From an uncultured Nitrospiraceae bacterium (GTDB lineage Bacteria > Nitrospirota > Thermodesulfovibrionia > Thermodesulfovibrionales > Dissulfurispiraceae): a DNA stretch of 64,000 nucleotides. Each line of letters starts with the position of its first letter. Positions within the stretch are counted from its first letter, which is position 1. Position numbers and translations under genes: made by a program. Location: assembly GCA_963705105.1 (NCBI GenBank), contig CAVPIW010000014.1, forward strand, positions 32,001-96,000. Reading direction: 5' to 3'. Below the pieces are notes generated by a model, which saw only the letters and a list, made by a program, of their open reading frames with translations, made no database searches and had not been told where the DNA came from. Shown in pieces: positions 1 through 11,400 of this stretch.

Positions 1-404
1 CCCCGCGTAATCTCCCTGTACCGCTCCGGCTTCAGGGAATCGAGACTCACATTGACCCTTTTCAGGCCGGCAGCCGCAAGATCACGGACATGCCGCTTCA
101 GCAAAAGACCGTTCGTCGTGAGACTGATGTCCTCGATCCCCTCTATGCCGGCGATGGACGAGACGAGACGGGCGAGGTTGGTCCTGACGAGCGGCTCGCC
201 GCCTGTCAGCCTCACTTTTCTCACCCCCAGGCCTGCGGCGACCCTCACAACCCTGACAAGCTCTTCATAGGAGAGCACGTCGCCGTGCGTCAACGGCGTG
301 ACCCCACCGAGCGGCATACAGTAGACACACCAGAGATTGCACCGGTCCGTCACGGAGATCCGCAGATAATCGATGACGCGGTCGTATGTATCCCTGACCG
401 GCAT
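1..404 (-). CDS. moaA: GTP 3',8-cyclase MoaA, N-terminal part (runs off the window)
   Basis: Manual translation MPVRDTYDRVIDYLRISVTDRCNLWCVYCMP...KVRLTGGEPLVR...SLTTNGLLL...RVNVSLDSL. Radical SAM CxxxCxxC and MoaA signature motifs. Confidence 0.93.
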   Translation of the reverse strand, partial: MPVRDTYDRVIDYLRISVTDRCNLWCVYCMPLGGVTPLTHGDVLSYEELVRVVRVAAGLGVRKVRLTGGEPLVRTNLARLVSSIAGIEGIEDISLTTNGLLLKRHVRDLAAAGLKRVNVSLDSLKPERYREITR

Positions 405-415
405 GGCTGCAGCCC

Positions 416-1462
416 CTACTTTCCGAAGGGGCAGACCGGGTATCTGCACTCCCTGCAATTGAGACAGAGGCCCCCGTGGCCGAGTTCCGACAGCTCCCGC
501 CTGCCGAGCTTCTCTCCCGCCAGGATCCTCGGCAGGACCAGGTCGAAGACCGTCGTTTTGTGGTACATCCCGCAGGCAGGGATGCCGAGGACGGGAATGG
601 ACGGGCCGTCGCCGTTGTTGCTTTTCGAGACATACGAGACGAGGAACATGGCCCCGGGCAGCGCCGCAGAACCGTACGTCATGTCACCGGCCCCGAGATT
701 CCGGATGGCGAATCGGGTCACGTCATCGGGGTCCACGGACATCCCCCCCGTCGTGATCAGGAGGTCGGCGCCCGCCTCGATGAGCTCCCTCATCCGCTGC
801 TCTATGTGCGCCTCATCGTCCGGCGCGTAGTAGACGCCTGCAATGTCGCCGTGGAACTGCTCGATCTTCGCCTTGATGATGGGAGCGAAGGCGTCCTTTA
901 TCCTGCCGTAGTAGACTTCGTTTCCCGTGACCACGATCCCCGCCCGGGGCCTTCTCATCTCCCTGACCTCGATCGCCGGCAGGTTATAGCCGCGGGCGGC
1001 GCCGACGGCCTGATCGACGATCTGCCGCTTGACCACCAGGGGAATAGCCCTCGTCCCCGCCACCACCTGTCCCTTCGACACCACGGTGTTGTAGTGCAGA
1101 GAAGCGCACATCACCTCGCCGAGCATATTGAAGGCAAGGAGGGCCCGGCTGTTTATCTTGAGCAGGCCGTCCCGCGAGGCGACGATGTTTATCTTCCCCT
1201 CTTTCGGCTCGCCGCAGACCGCCACGCCTTCACCCATGAGGGCGCCGGCGAGCGCGTGGGCCGCGTGGTCCTCGTGCATCTCGTCATCACCCACGGTCAG
1301 CACGAAGAGACGCTCCTTCCCCAGCCTCTGGAGATGGCCGATGTCCTCCTCTCTCACGATGTGACCTTTCCGGAAGGCCCTGCCCTTGAACTCGTCCTTC
1401 CGGATCTCCGTCACGTCATGGGCCAGGACCATGCCGACAGCGCCCGTCACGGGCACTGTCAT
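416..1462 (-). CDS. Molybdopterin-binding protein (MoeA/MogA-like domain)
   Basis: GMVLAHDVTEI..KGRAFRKGH, VVTGNEV, TTGGMSVDPDDVT, GAMF, C-terminal GGLCLNCRECRYPVCPFGK. Start uncertain (1462 has an RBS; 1507 is an alternative). Confidence 0.8.
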   Translation of the reverse strand: MTVPVTGAVGMVLAHDVTEIRKDEFKGRAFRKGHIVREEDIGHLQRLGKERLFVLTVGDDEMHEDHAAHALAGALMGEGVAVCGEPKEGKINIVASRDGLLKINSRALLAFNMLGEVMCASLHYNTVVSKGQVVAGTRAIPLVVKRQIVDQAVGAARGYNLPAIEVREMRRPRAGIVVTGNEVYYGRIKDAFAPIIKAKIEQFHGDIAGVYYAPDDEAHIEQRMRELIEAGADLLITTGGMSVDPDDVTRFAIRNLGAGDMTYGSAALPGAMFLVSYVSKSNNGDGPSIPVLGIPACGMYHKTTVFDLVLPRILAGEKLGRRELSELGHGGLCLNCRECRYPVCPFGK

Positions 1463-1499
1463 GACGCCTCTTCCGCTCCTGCTATGAGTGATCTCTATG

Positions 1500-1706
1500 T
1501 CACACATGGCTCGCTCCGCTCTGTTTTTCCTCTTCCGCCGGTTTTCCCTGGGCGTGCTCAATTTCTTCCTTCCCGGAGATCGCTTTGTTAAAGTCCCGTA
1601 TCGCCTGGCCGATGCCCTTGCCGAGCTCGGGGAGTTTCTTCGCGCCGAAGAGTACCATGATGATCACGAAGATGATGATGAGTTCCTGCATTCCCAATCC
1701 GACCAT
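1500..1706 (-). CDS. tatA: Twin-arginine translocase TatA/E
   Basis: GLGMQELIIIFVIIMVLFGAKKLPELGKGIGQAIRDF. Confidence 0.93.
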   Translation of the reverse strand: MVGLGMQELIIIFVIIMVLFGAKKLPELGKGIGQAIRDFNKAISGKEEIEHAQGKPAEEEKQSGASHV

Positions 1707-1750
1707 GCTCCTTCACCTCCTGTCAGCCTGTCGGCTTCTTCGAACCCTTC

Positions 1751-2452
1751 TTACGTCGCCGAGTCCTTCAATAATGCACCGACAAAAACAAACTCCGAGA
1801 GAACAATCCGCGAAGCAATCCTGCCGAGATCGGCAAAGAAAGGAAGTCTTGACGACTTTCCGAGCTTGTCGCTGAAATCAGGCAGCCAATTGATCATGTG
1901 GCGCTCAAGGAAATCTTTCTGTGCCAAAACGTATCCCTTCAGGAGATCGCCGGCGCCCTCCTCCCTCGCCTGGGCCTCCTTGAACGTGAGAAAGTGGAGG
2001 AACTCGAGTTCCGCAGAGAGGTTGTCAGGGAGATCGCGTTTGCCCTCTTCCTGGTTCATGTTCAGGCCGAAGTGCTTATAGAACTCGCTCACCTCTATCA
2101 TGAGGCCCGTCCTCTCCACACCCTTGCGATGAAGGCCCTCATAGGGCGGGCAGGGCGGCTCCGGAGCACCCACGTCAAAGGTCTGCGTGTACGCCACCTC
2201 GAAATCCCGAAAGGTCATCCCTTTCAGGTCCTTCCTGACCTCGTCGACCAGCCCCGCCTCTTCATCAACGATACCCTCAAGGTGAGGGATGGAAGTCATG
2301 CCATCAAACAGCTCCGACAGGAACTCACCGCTTTTGTAAAGCTCAAAGATCTCCTGAGCAGGATACCGGAATACAAGAGAAAGCATCCTGTATATCGTGC
2401 TTCTGAGAGTGGGGTCCGCCTGGGTAACCGGCACAACCGATGGTTGAAGCAT
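1751..2452 (-). CDS. TorD/DmsD-family redox enzyme maturation chaperone (type II DMSO reductase delta subunit)
   Basis: YTQTFDVG..PPCPPYEG, FYKHFGL, LPDNLSAELEFLHFL, FLERHMINWLP; lies in the Mo-enzyme cluster. Confidence 0.88.
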   Translation of the reverse strand: MLQPSVVPVTQADPTLRSTIYRMLSLVFRYPAQEIFELYKSGEFLSELFDGMTSIPHLEGIVDEEAGLVDEVRKDLKGMTFRDFEVAYTQTFDVGAPEPPCPPYEGLHRKGVERTGLMIEVSEFYKHFGLNMNQEEGKRDLPDNLSAELEFLHFLTFKEAQAREEGAGDLLKGYVLAQKDFLERHMINWLPDFSDKLGKSSRLPFFADLGRIASRIVLSEFVFVGALLKDSAT

Positions 2453-2682
2453 CTTTCCCTCCGTGTCAATTTCATTTTCATTTGAAAATCAACGTCTCAT
2501 CTACAGCTCGCTGCATGCTGCCCGCCTTGTGAGGAGGAAGGGGGCTGATCATCACCCTTCCGAGGACCAGGGTCCAGACGCCGTTGAACGGCCAGCGGCA
2601 CCACCGTCCCTGAGCATTGATTCATTCCGTGGCGCCCGGATGCCGGCGGCGGAAGAGAGCACCCTCTGCGACGCCTACCTCC

Positions 2683-3134
2683 CTATGCAAAGTCGGGCTC
2701 ACCGTATCCTTTTCCGGGTAATACCCCCTGTGACATGGCTGGGTCGGGAAGAGGGGGTATGACGCACCGGCCTCCCTCACAGACCGTTCTCAATGCGGCG
2801 GCCAGGTCCTCGGCTACGGACTGCTTCGCCACGTAACCGGACGCCCCCGCTTCCAATGACCTGACGGCGTATTCCCTGTCGGGATTGAGGGCGGTGACGA
2901 CGACGGGAAGCCGGGGCCGGAGGGCCTTGATTTCCTTCAACAGGTCGAATCCTTTTCCGCCGGCAAGCCGCAGATCGAGCACCACCGCATCATAATGATC
3001 CTTCCACACCTTGCTGTATACCTCGTCGCTGCTGCCCGCCTCCCCTGTCACCGTGATGTAGCGACACTCGCAATTCATCATATCATGTATCTGCCTGATC
3101 CTGCATGGCCATCACAGACGAGAACCCGGATCAT
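2683..3134 (-). pseudogene. NarL-type receiver-domain response regulator, frameshifted near the 5' end, no HTH
   Basis: RBS GAGGAGG then MIRVLVCDGHA at 3134 stops after 18 codons. A 1-nt shift joins the VTGEA...VVLDLRL...AGASGYVAK frame (2683-3081). Confidence 0.65.
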
Positions 3135-3171
3135 GCCGCCTCCTCTGTTTCGGATCGGGCTGCTGAGCGTT

Positions 3172-3381
3172 AACCTTGCTGTGCGTGAAAGGAGGGACAA
3201 AGTGCCTCAAAGCCTTGCTGATAGGGAGGATGATCATTTTATTATGGGCAGTCGGTATTCCTTCCGGCCTGTCAGCAAAAGTTGGCCTGAAATGATCCTC
3301 ATGGGAAGGCAAAGGTTTCGCAGCACCACGGCTTTTCGGCATCTTCGTCCCTCCTTTCCGGAGTCTCTTGTTGCAGCGATA
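3172..3381. repeat. Family A palindromic element (diverged copy)
   Basis: gaaaggagggacaaagtgcctcaaagccttgctga...gcttttcggcatcttcgtccctcctttcc. Confidence 0.65.
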
Positions 3382-3442
3382 CAGTCAACGTTGCGTACAT
3401 CCTCTTACGGGACATCATTGCAACCGTATCGGGAAATGAGTT

Positions 3443-3508
3443 GCAGGGGCCGTTCCCCGGGCGGACCGACATCGGTGATGCGGTCTGCTCGGGGGTGAGG
3501 CCCCCAAC
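3443..3508. repeat. GTAG-type REP doublet (degenerate)
   Basis: Matches the copies at 46655-46718 and 60842-60905. Confidence 0.7.
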
Positions 3509-3532
3509 GATCAATCTTCCATAAGGCCGCTC

Positions 3533-4318
3533 CTATTGAATGGACAGGATCTGCCAGCTTCCTGCGACCATCTTGACGCCGTTCCTCTCCTCCTGTGCCC
3601 CGTCCCACTGCCCGAAGCAGATGCGGTAGGACTTCGCCCGTGCAAGAGTCACCATGTTGCCCGGAGCCTGGGGCGGATTTTGGGTATCGACGGCCGGACC
3701 CAGCATCGGCCTCTTCATGATCACAATCCAGGACGTGCCGACCCTTGTTTGGGAGTGCGTTATCCCCCGCAGGGCCGAATCTGCGCTCGTCTGCACCGTG
3801 CCGGTGCCGCCGGCGACGATGTTCTGGATCTGCCCGAATGTTCCGGCAGGAGATCCCACCGGGGTGTTCGCCCGCCAGAAGATGATGTTCACCGGCTCGC
3901 GCTGGTTGCCCATCGCCACGGTGGAAGGGGTTATAAAGGGAATTTCCATGGCAACGGCGTCGGCGAAGGTCGGCGCGTCGGCGACGCTGTCGTTCGTCGT
4001 GGCGTCCGTCCACTCGTAGCGGAAAAAGATATCCGTGCCGTTATTGATGGACTTCACCTTCAGGAACCGCCACTTGGACGACGGCAGCAGTTGGGGGACG
4101 CCCGCCGGCCCGATGAGCGAGTCGAGGGTGACCGTCATCTGCGTGGCCTGCGTCCAGGCGGGATCTGCCGGGCTCAGGCCGTTCGGTATGCTCGCAACGA
4201 ACCTCGACGTTATCGTGACGGATGCTCCCTCAGCCTGATAGACAACCGGCAGGACAAGGGCCGTCAGGACGAGCGCCAGAATCAGGTATCTGTAGATGTT
4301 GACAAGTCTCAGTTTCAT
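3533..4318 (-). CDS. Heme b gamma subunit of type II DMSO reductase (EbdC/SerC/ClrC-like, DOMON fold)
   Basis: Signal peptide; FFRYEWTDAT, FADAVAME, TVAMGNQREPVNIIFWRA (Met ligand), WDGAQEERNGVK (Lys ligand); RBS GGAGGTG before ATG 4318. Confidence 0.88.
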   Translation of the reverse strand: MKLRLVNIYRYLILALVLTALVLPVVYQAEGASVTITSRFVASIPNGLSPADPAWTQATQMTVTLDSLIGPAGVPQLLPSSKWRFLKVKSINNGTDIFFRYEWTDATTNDSVADAPTFADAVAMEIPFITPSTVAMGNQREPVNIIFWRANTPVGSPAGTFGQIQNIVAGGTGTVQTSADSALRGITHSQTRVGTSWIVIMKRPMLGPAVDTQNPPQAPGNMVTLARAKSYRICFGQWDGAQEERNGVKMVAGSWQILSIQ

Positions 4319-4334
4319 GTTCACCTCCCGTCCC

Positions 4335-5449
4335 TTAGACCTGTATCCGGTCAGCTTCGGAGTACGATGTGAGGATGTCGACCAGCGGCGAAGGCTGGCC
4401 GGAGGCAGCAATCGCTCTTTCGGATTCGATGAGGGTGAAGATCTGCGTGATTCTCGTTTCCCTCTGGGCCTGAGTTTGTGCGCAGGTATCGCCGAACATC
4501 TTCGCAAGCGTCGCGACGGGGATGCGCTTCGCAGTGCCTCCGTTGACCGGCGGGCTCAGCGGCGGGATGTAGAACGTGTTCGGCGTTGTCCCGAACTCGG
4601 GATGGAGCCGCAGGGCCACCTGGTACTGATCGACGAGCCTGTTCACGTTATAACGCAGATTGTCCGCATGGGCAGGGCCCTTGGCAGGTTCATAGTACCC
4701 CACCCACCGGATGCGGCCCACGCACTGGGTGACACAGAAATTTCCGCCCCGGCGAGCGGCGAACTGCTCCGCCGTCTCTCCCGCCCGCTGCGGTTCGAGC
4801 CTGGGATAGCAGAAAATGCACTTCTGGGACTGCTCCTCCGCGGGGTTCCAGTACACCTTCTTGTAAGGACACGCCTTGACGCAGTGGCGGTAGCCCCTGC
4901 AGCGGTTCTGGTCGACCAGGACAATCCCGTCTTCCTGCCTCTTGTAGATGGCCTTCCGCGTACAGGCAGCCATGCAGGCCGGGTTGCTGCAGTGGTTGCA
5001 GATACGGGGCAGGTAGAAGTAGTAGGAGTTGGGGAAGGTCCCCACGCCCACATCCTCGTCCCAGTTGCTCGAGTAGTTGTTCGGGGTGTCAGGCGCCGGC
5101 GACGGGACGATCATGCCGGCAGTCGCGGGGTTCGGAACTCCGGGAGTGACCTCCCCTGTCCCGAAAGCCTGCTCGTACCCATACTCCCAGGGCGCCCGTA
5201 ATCCTTGTTAATGGACGGCATTGTGGAACTCTTGACCGTCGTGCCGCATCCTGTGAATCCGCCTCCCAGCGTCTCCCAGTTCTTCGGGTAGCCCCTGCCC
5301 GGCTGGCTTTCCACGTTGTTCCAGTACATGTACATCTGTCCCTGGTTGCGGTCCGTCCAGACGCTCTTGCAGGCGCTGGTGCAGGTCTGGCAGCCAAGGC
5401 ATTTATTCAGGTCGAAGACCATACGCACTTGTTTCTGTATTACAGCCAT
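4335..5449 (-). CDS. Fe-S beta subunit (NarH/PcrB/EbdB-like), split by a 1-bp frameshift near 5190
   Basis: DLNKCLGCQTCTSACK, CNHCSNPACMAAC, CRGYRHCVKAC, KCIFCYPR..CVTQCVGRIR, LHPEFGTTPN. Adding one base restores DYG(R/A)PWEYGYEQ...MIVPS. Confidence 0.9.
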
Positions 5450-5493
5450 AATAGCCTCCTATAGAATCCGCCCGATGTTTCGAGACGGGCGCA

Positions 5494-8415
5494 TTACGGG
5501 AAAGTCCCTGTGTATTTCCGGACCTGTACGCGAGTGTCCTTCTGGTTTCCCGTAGGACCCCAGTAGTTGAGCCTGAACCGCACATGGCCGTATCCGCCGA
5601 TGAGCTGCGTCGGCTTGATGCGGATCGTGCAGGGGCTCTGCCAGCCATTATCGAGCGGCCTGGGACCCGTCAGCGCATTCTTGAGCATGTACGACTCCCA
5701 GCCGTGGTACATCTGTGCCATGCCGTTGGGCATCCTCGGCGAGATGCAGAGGTGCGCCACCAGGCTCCCGTGGCCGTTGAAGACCTCCACGGGATCGTTG
5801 TCCAGGAGTCTTCTGGATGACGCGTCCGCCGGGCTTAGATAGACGATGGGACGCCCTCTCTGCATGCGGAGCTGGAACTTGCAGTCGCGATAGGTGGAGT
5901 GGATGGACCAGCGGCCGTGGGGGGTGATCCAGCGGAGAGGAAAGGCGTCCACATCCACCGGCGGCTTGTAGACCGGCAGCTCTTCGTGAAACTCGTTCAG
6001 GAACCAGTCCTGGTCGATGTAGAACTGCTGGCGCCCGACCAGGGTGGTGAGAGGACGGAGGTGCTCCGTCATCCTCTGAAAGGCGAAATAGGCCTCATTC
6101 GGCAGCATGTCGCTCGTCCATTCCTCGCTGGTCTGTGCGAGGCGCGCAGGCTGCGCCGCGATCCCGTCCATGGTCAGCCCGGCGAACTCCGGGGAGTTGT
6201 TCAGCAGGAACTGGCAGGCAACTTTGTCGTCTGTCAGATTCTGACCGTCTGTGTTGAAGGTTCTGAAGTCAGTCCCCAGGGTGGAGAAGTCTCTGGTTAT
6301 GGTTGTTCCATCAGGAACCGCGTCACTGAAGGAGATCCCCGAAGCCGCAAGCGCGTCCGCAAGGGACTGCCATATCTGCCAGTCGGTCCTGCTGTCGAAC
6401 TGGGGAGGGATGACCGGCGTCATGGGGATGACGTAGGAGTGGAGGTCCGTCGTGTTGATGTTCCACATCTCGAACCAGCTCGCCGCGGGCAGCACCACAT
6501 CGGCATAGAGGGCCGTCGTGTCCATACGGAAGTTCAGGTCCACGATGAGGTCCAGCTTCGGCCAGAGCTTCGTGTAGACATCGAGGAAACTCTTCGCCTG
6601 GTTCAAATAGTTCGCTCCCCATACGAACATCACCTTGGGGTCTCTCGTGAAGTTGAGCGTCCCGTCGGTATTGAGGGTGAGCGTCTTGGTGGGGTCTATC
6701 GTGTATCCTGAAGGCCTCATTGTCCCTCTGATATCGGGCCAGAGCGGCATCCACCTGTTGTTGACGCTGTCCACGATGTACTGGTTGATGCTCCTCGGCC
6801 AGAGGCCGTCGACGTCAGACGTCACGTCGGCGTGCGTATATGTCCAGATGGTCGTGTTCTGGAACCTCTGCTTCGGACGGCCAAGGGGGAAGGAGAGCCT
6901 GAAGAACCTCTCCTCTGCCCAAAGCTTTTCCTGGCCGACGTAATGATCGAAACCGCCTCCGGGCTTCCCGACGTTCCCTGTCAGGGCGACGAGGAGGATC
7001 TGGGCCCGGTTGATGAGGTCGTTGTGGTAGTAATGGTTCGTCCCGGCGCTCTCGATGATGCGGGCCGGTCTGGCCGCGGCGAACTCCTGGGCGAGGCGGG
7101 TGATCACGGGGGCGCTGACGCCCGTAACTCCGGCCATGAGTGACGGCGTGTGGGCGGCGAGCTTCGTCCTGAGCAGGGAGAAAACCGTCGTGACGGGAAT
7201 ACCGTTGACGGTGAATGTCCCTTCCAGGGCAGGACTGATCGCGCCCAGGTTGAGCTTGCCGTTGACGGGCGCGCCCTCGCTGAGCGTGCCGGGCGCCAGT
7301 ACCGCTGCGCCGGTCGCTGTGTCCCAGACGTAGAACTTTTCGGCGCTTCCACCCGTCACGACATCAGCCTCACGCAGGAACCTGCCGAATCCCGCGCCCG
7401 CATCCGTGCGCACCAGGAAGGGCATATCGGTGAACTGCTTGACATAGGCCTCATCCATCAGCCCCGGAGTGTTCACTATCACGTTCGCCATGGCGAGGCA
7501 GAGCGCGCCGTCAGTGCCGGGTCTTATGGCGATGAACTCGTCGGCATGGATGGATGTGGGGTTATACTCCGGCGAGACAACGACGATCTTCGTGCCGTTC
7601 ATCCGCGCTTCAGTCATATAGTGAGCGTCGGGGATGCGCGTCTACAGCAGGTTGGCGCTCATGAGCATGATGTACTTCGAGTTGAACCAGTCCGCGGCCT
7701 CGCAGGCGTCGGTCTGCACGCCCCAGGTGAGAGGCTCGCCGGGAGGGTTATCGCAGTACCAGTCGTAGAAGCTGCAGACCACCCCGCCGATGAGGTTCGC
7801 CAGCCTGAAGCCGCCGGCCAGGGTGAGATGATGTTTCGCGGGGATAGCAGCGTAAAAGGTCACTGTGTCGGGTCTAAAGTTCTGGATGGCACTGGCCATA
7901 CCGTTGACCCCGATTGCAGGGTCACCGTTGACGATGACACCCATGGCCTCAGCCCAGGTCGCCCTGCGCCACTTGCTCTCTCCCCTTGCCCCGACGCGGA
8001 TCAGGGGATACTTCGGCCGCTGGGGTCCATAAATGTATTCCTTGAAGTGTGCGCCCTTCTGGCATCCCCTCGGGTTGATCGTGGGGAGGGCCGGAAAAGC
8101 TGGATTGTAACCGGGACGGCTCGGGCTGTTTATGTCGGGGTAGTCGGCGAACTGCTCTTCCTTGAAGAGGATGCCGTTCTTGACGTAGCTCTTCCAGGTG
8201 CAGGAGCCGGTGCAGTTGATGCCGTGGGTGCTGCGGCCGAAGGAGTCGAAACTCCACTGGTCCCGGTACAGCGTCTCCCATCCCCGGTAGGGGTAGGCCC
8301 CGAGCGGGTCCAGGACCGGCCGCAACAGGTAGAGGGCGAAGGCATCGGTCGCCGCGAGGGTCCCCGCCGTCACCACCGCCCCTTTAAGAAAATCGCGTCG
8401 TGTTATTTTTTTCAT
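5494..8415 (-). CDS. Tat-exported Mo-bisPGD alpha subunit, type II DMSO reductase family (periplasmic Nar / perchlorate-reductase-like), 973 codons with an in-frame TAG at 7642-7644
   Basis: TRRDFLK Tat motif; FS0 HGINCTGSC...RGCQKG; Asp-ligand region [30 protein letters not shown]. The two listed ORFs share one frame: [17 protein letters not shown]. Confidence 0.9.
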
Positions 8416-8489
8416 CGTATTCCTCCATTGCCCCCCTGCCCTTCCCTCCCCCCGAAGGGAGAGGGAAGAGCGAAGGGGCGTAGGCGTCG

Positions 8490-11400
8490 TTACCTTGTTG
8501 TCGCCGACACAGTATTCGAGAATGCCGAATTTCCGTCGGCGTTCGCGGCCCTGATGCGGTAGAAGTACGTCGTCCTTCTCGCCACGGTCCTGTCAGAGAA
8601 CGTCGTCGCGTTCGCCCCTATGGTGAAGCTGGTAAGGCCGGTCGTGAAGGCCTCGTTCGTCGCCCTCTGGAGCAGGAAGTTCGTCTCGTTAGGCGAGTTG
8701 TCGCTCCACGCCAGGTCGATCCTGTTGTTCGCCGTCCTCGTCACCCTCAGGTTCGACGGCGCCTCGGGGATCTCTCCGGGAGTCGTTGCCGTGGCCGTAT
8801 TCGAGTAAGCCGAGAAAGACGTCCCGAGGAAGGCGCGTACCCGATAGTTGTACGTTGTCTTCGGCGCCACCGTGGTGTCGACGAAGCTGGTGACGCCCGC
8901 TCCCACCCTGGCGATCTCGACAAAACCGCCGGCGCCGACGGCCCGCTCAATGGCGAAGCCGCCCTCGTTGGCGGCATTGTCAGTCCAGGTCAGACTCACC
9001 GTCGGCGGCAGGTCGCTCAACACGGAAGGCGTCGCTCTGAGAGCCGTCGGAGCCTGGAGCGCAACCGGCGTCGTGACTATGACCGCGTTGGACGGAGCCG
9101 ATACACCGTTGGCGTTGAAGGAGACGACCCGGTAAGTGTATGTCGTTGCCGACGCCGTCGTCCCATCAATGAAAGTGTTGACATTCACACCCACCTGGCC
9201 GATCTGAACGAAGGTCACCCCTCCGTCAGTGGACCGCTGGATGCGGAAGCCCTGCTCATTGTTGGAGTTGTCTATCCAGTTCAGGCTCACCTGTGTGGCG
9301 CTGACTGCCGTTCCGACAAGGCCCGACGGCGCATTCGGCGGGCCGAGTGTCGTCGCCGCAACCGGCAGGTCGGGACCGGACGGGCCGGCGGAGTTGTACG
9401 CATTGACCCTGTAGTTGTACGTCCGGCCCGGCAGCAGGGCCGTCCGGTTGGGGGTGTAGCAGCCGGTTATGCCGGGGATGGTGCCGACGACGTCGGCAGG
9501 ACAAGGCGGCAGAACTGCGCCGTCGGTCCAGGTGTTTCCGCCGAAACCGCCCAGTGACGTCTGGCTGCCCTTATACGCAATGATGACCCATGGCCCCAGG
9601 GGCTGGCCGGGCTGCACGTCCTGCCGCTCGATGAAGAACCCGAGCTCGTTGTCGGCCTGGTCTATCCAGGCGAGCGTCACCGTTGAGGCGGTCACGCCGG
9701 CAACCCTGGTGTTGATCGGCGGGAGCGGCAAGGCCACAGGCGTCTGCGCCACCGTCGCCGGAGATTCGGCCCCGAGACCCTTGGCGTTGAAGGCCTGGAC
9801 CTTGTACTGGAAGGTCTTGCCGGGGTTCATGGCGACGTTCGTGATCTGCGTCGCAGGCGCCATGACGATGGCGAGCCGATCCCATGAGGCAGTCAAAGGA
9901 TACGGATCAAATGGATCGGCGGGATTGGGCACGGATGTATCTGTCCCGTACCTGATCCAGACGAGATACCCGTCGGCGCCCGTTACGGCATCCCAACTGA
10001 TCACCTGGGCGTTCGGGTCGGTGAGTCCTGTGTTGATATCGATGGGCGATGCCACCGTCACAGTGACCGGCGCGGCAGGAGGAACGGCTACCGCCGTGTC
10101 ATCGGCGCCCATGAGGTAGGGAGCGCCCTTGCCCGACAGCAACCAGGAGGCGTAGGCGATGCCGCCCCAGTTGTCATTAAGCGGCTGGCCGCTCATGCTG
10201 GTCATCGCGGCAATGTCCTGTCCCGTCGTGGCGATCAGGGAATCGCTCAGGAATGTGGGAGTGAGCGGATAGTTCGGATCCAAAGGATTCGGGGGACCCT
10301 CGGGACGCGGCCCCTGGTCGGCCAGGGCGTTGATCGAGTCGTTCAGGTGCTCCATGAACTCCCGGGCCAACGTCTGGTGGAAGACCTCAGCCTTCGCAGA
10401 GAGCGTCAGTCCTGCCGGCGCGGAAAACCTGTAGGTCACCTCGTCCCAGTTCTGGCCGTCGGGATAGCGCGCCACATCCTCCGTCGGCACAAAGGTGGCC
10501 GGGTCATAGGTCCAGAACGCAGCCCCGTTGACGCGGTAATCCGCATAGGTGAAACCGGCAGGAGGGATGCGGTTGTCGAAGAGGATCGTGTCGTTCAGCA
10601 GGTTCAGCGACATCGTGCATGATGTGACTGCAGGATCGCAGACGCCCGTCTTCCTCTCGTAGACCATGACGGCGTTCTGCCCGGCAGTGCTGTCGATGGC
10701 ATTCGACAAGGCGCGGTTAAAGCCCGCCAGGGTGTCGTCATTGAAAAGCCGTGCCGAGGCCGCGTCGTAGAAGCCTGACTGGTACACCATTGCACCCACT
10801 GCATCCTTCACGTCCAGGCTTATCCACATCCTGCGGCCGTCGGGATACCCTGAGGGCACCTTGTGTCCCGCGTTGTTGGTCACTCTGACGGTGACCTGGT
10901 AGACGCCTGCCGTTGCCGTTTCCGTGGGCGGGCTGACTATCTGGACGCTCACGGCATCCCGCAGCGAGATCTCGGTGTTGCGATGGGCCCGGTCCCACAT
11001 CGGCCCGCGGTCCGAGAGCATGCCGGGGAAGATCATGGGGTCGTGGCCCGTCAGCGCGCCGACTACTTCGAGATCCACCTCCGGGTAGAGGATCTTCATC
11101 ATCTGGGGAAGATCGCGGTTGGCGCCGACCATCTTGTGGAACGTCGTGCCGCCGTAAGGGTTTCTGTCCTTGGAGTTGGGGTACCACCCCGCGAGGAGTG
11201 GGTCGGGGTTCAATGACACCAGCGCGGCATCGGAATACTCATGCTTCATCGTCGGCAGGTGGCAGTCCTGGCAGCGGGTGCCGGCGGCACTGTAACTGCT
11301 GTACTTCCACTCGGTGTACGTGCGCTGCTCCGGCATGCCGTGGTTGAGGACGGGTATCGTCACTTCATGGCATGACCCGCAGAACTCGGGGGACTTGATG

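Noticed and set aside
5111..5200. Programmed frameshift or naturally split beta subunit
   Set aside because: A single missing base in a short G/C run explains it and no slippery heptamer is present.
7642..7644. Selenocysteine recoding in the alpha subunit
   Set aside because: The codon is TAG, not TGA, and it is not at the Mo-ligand position.
7150..8562. Long antisense ORFs (470 aa here; also 476-1591, 59280-60824 and others)
   Set aside because: Shadow ORFs opposite well-supported genes in GC-rich DNA.
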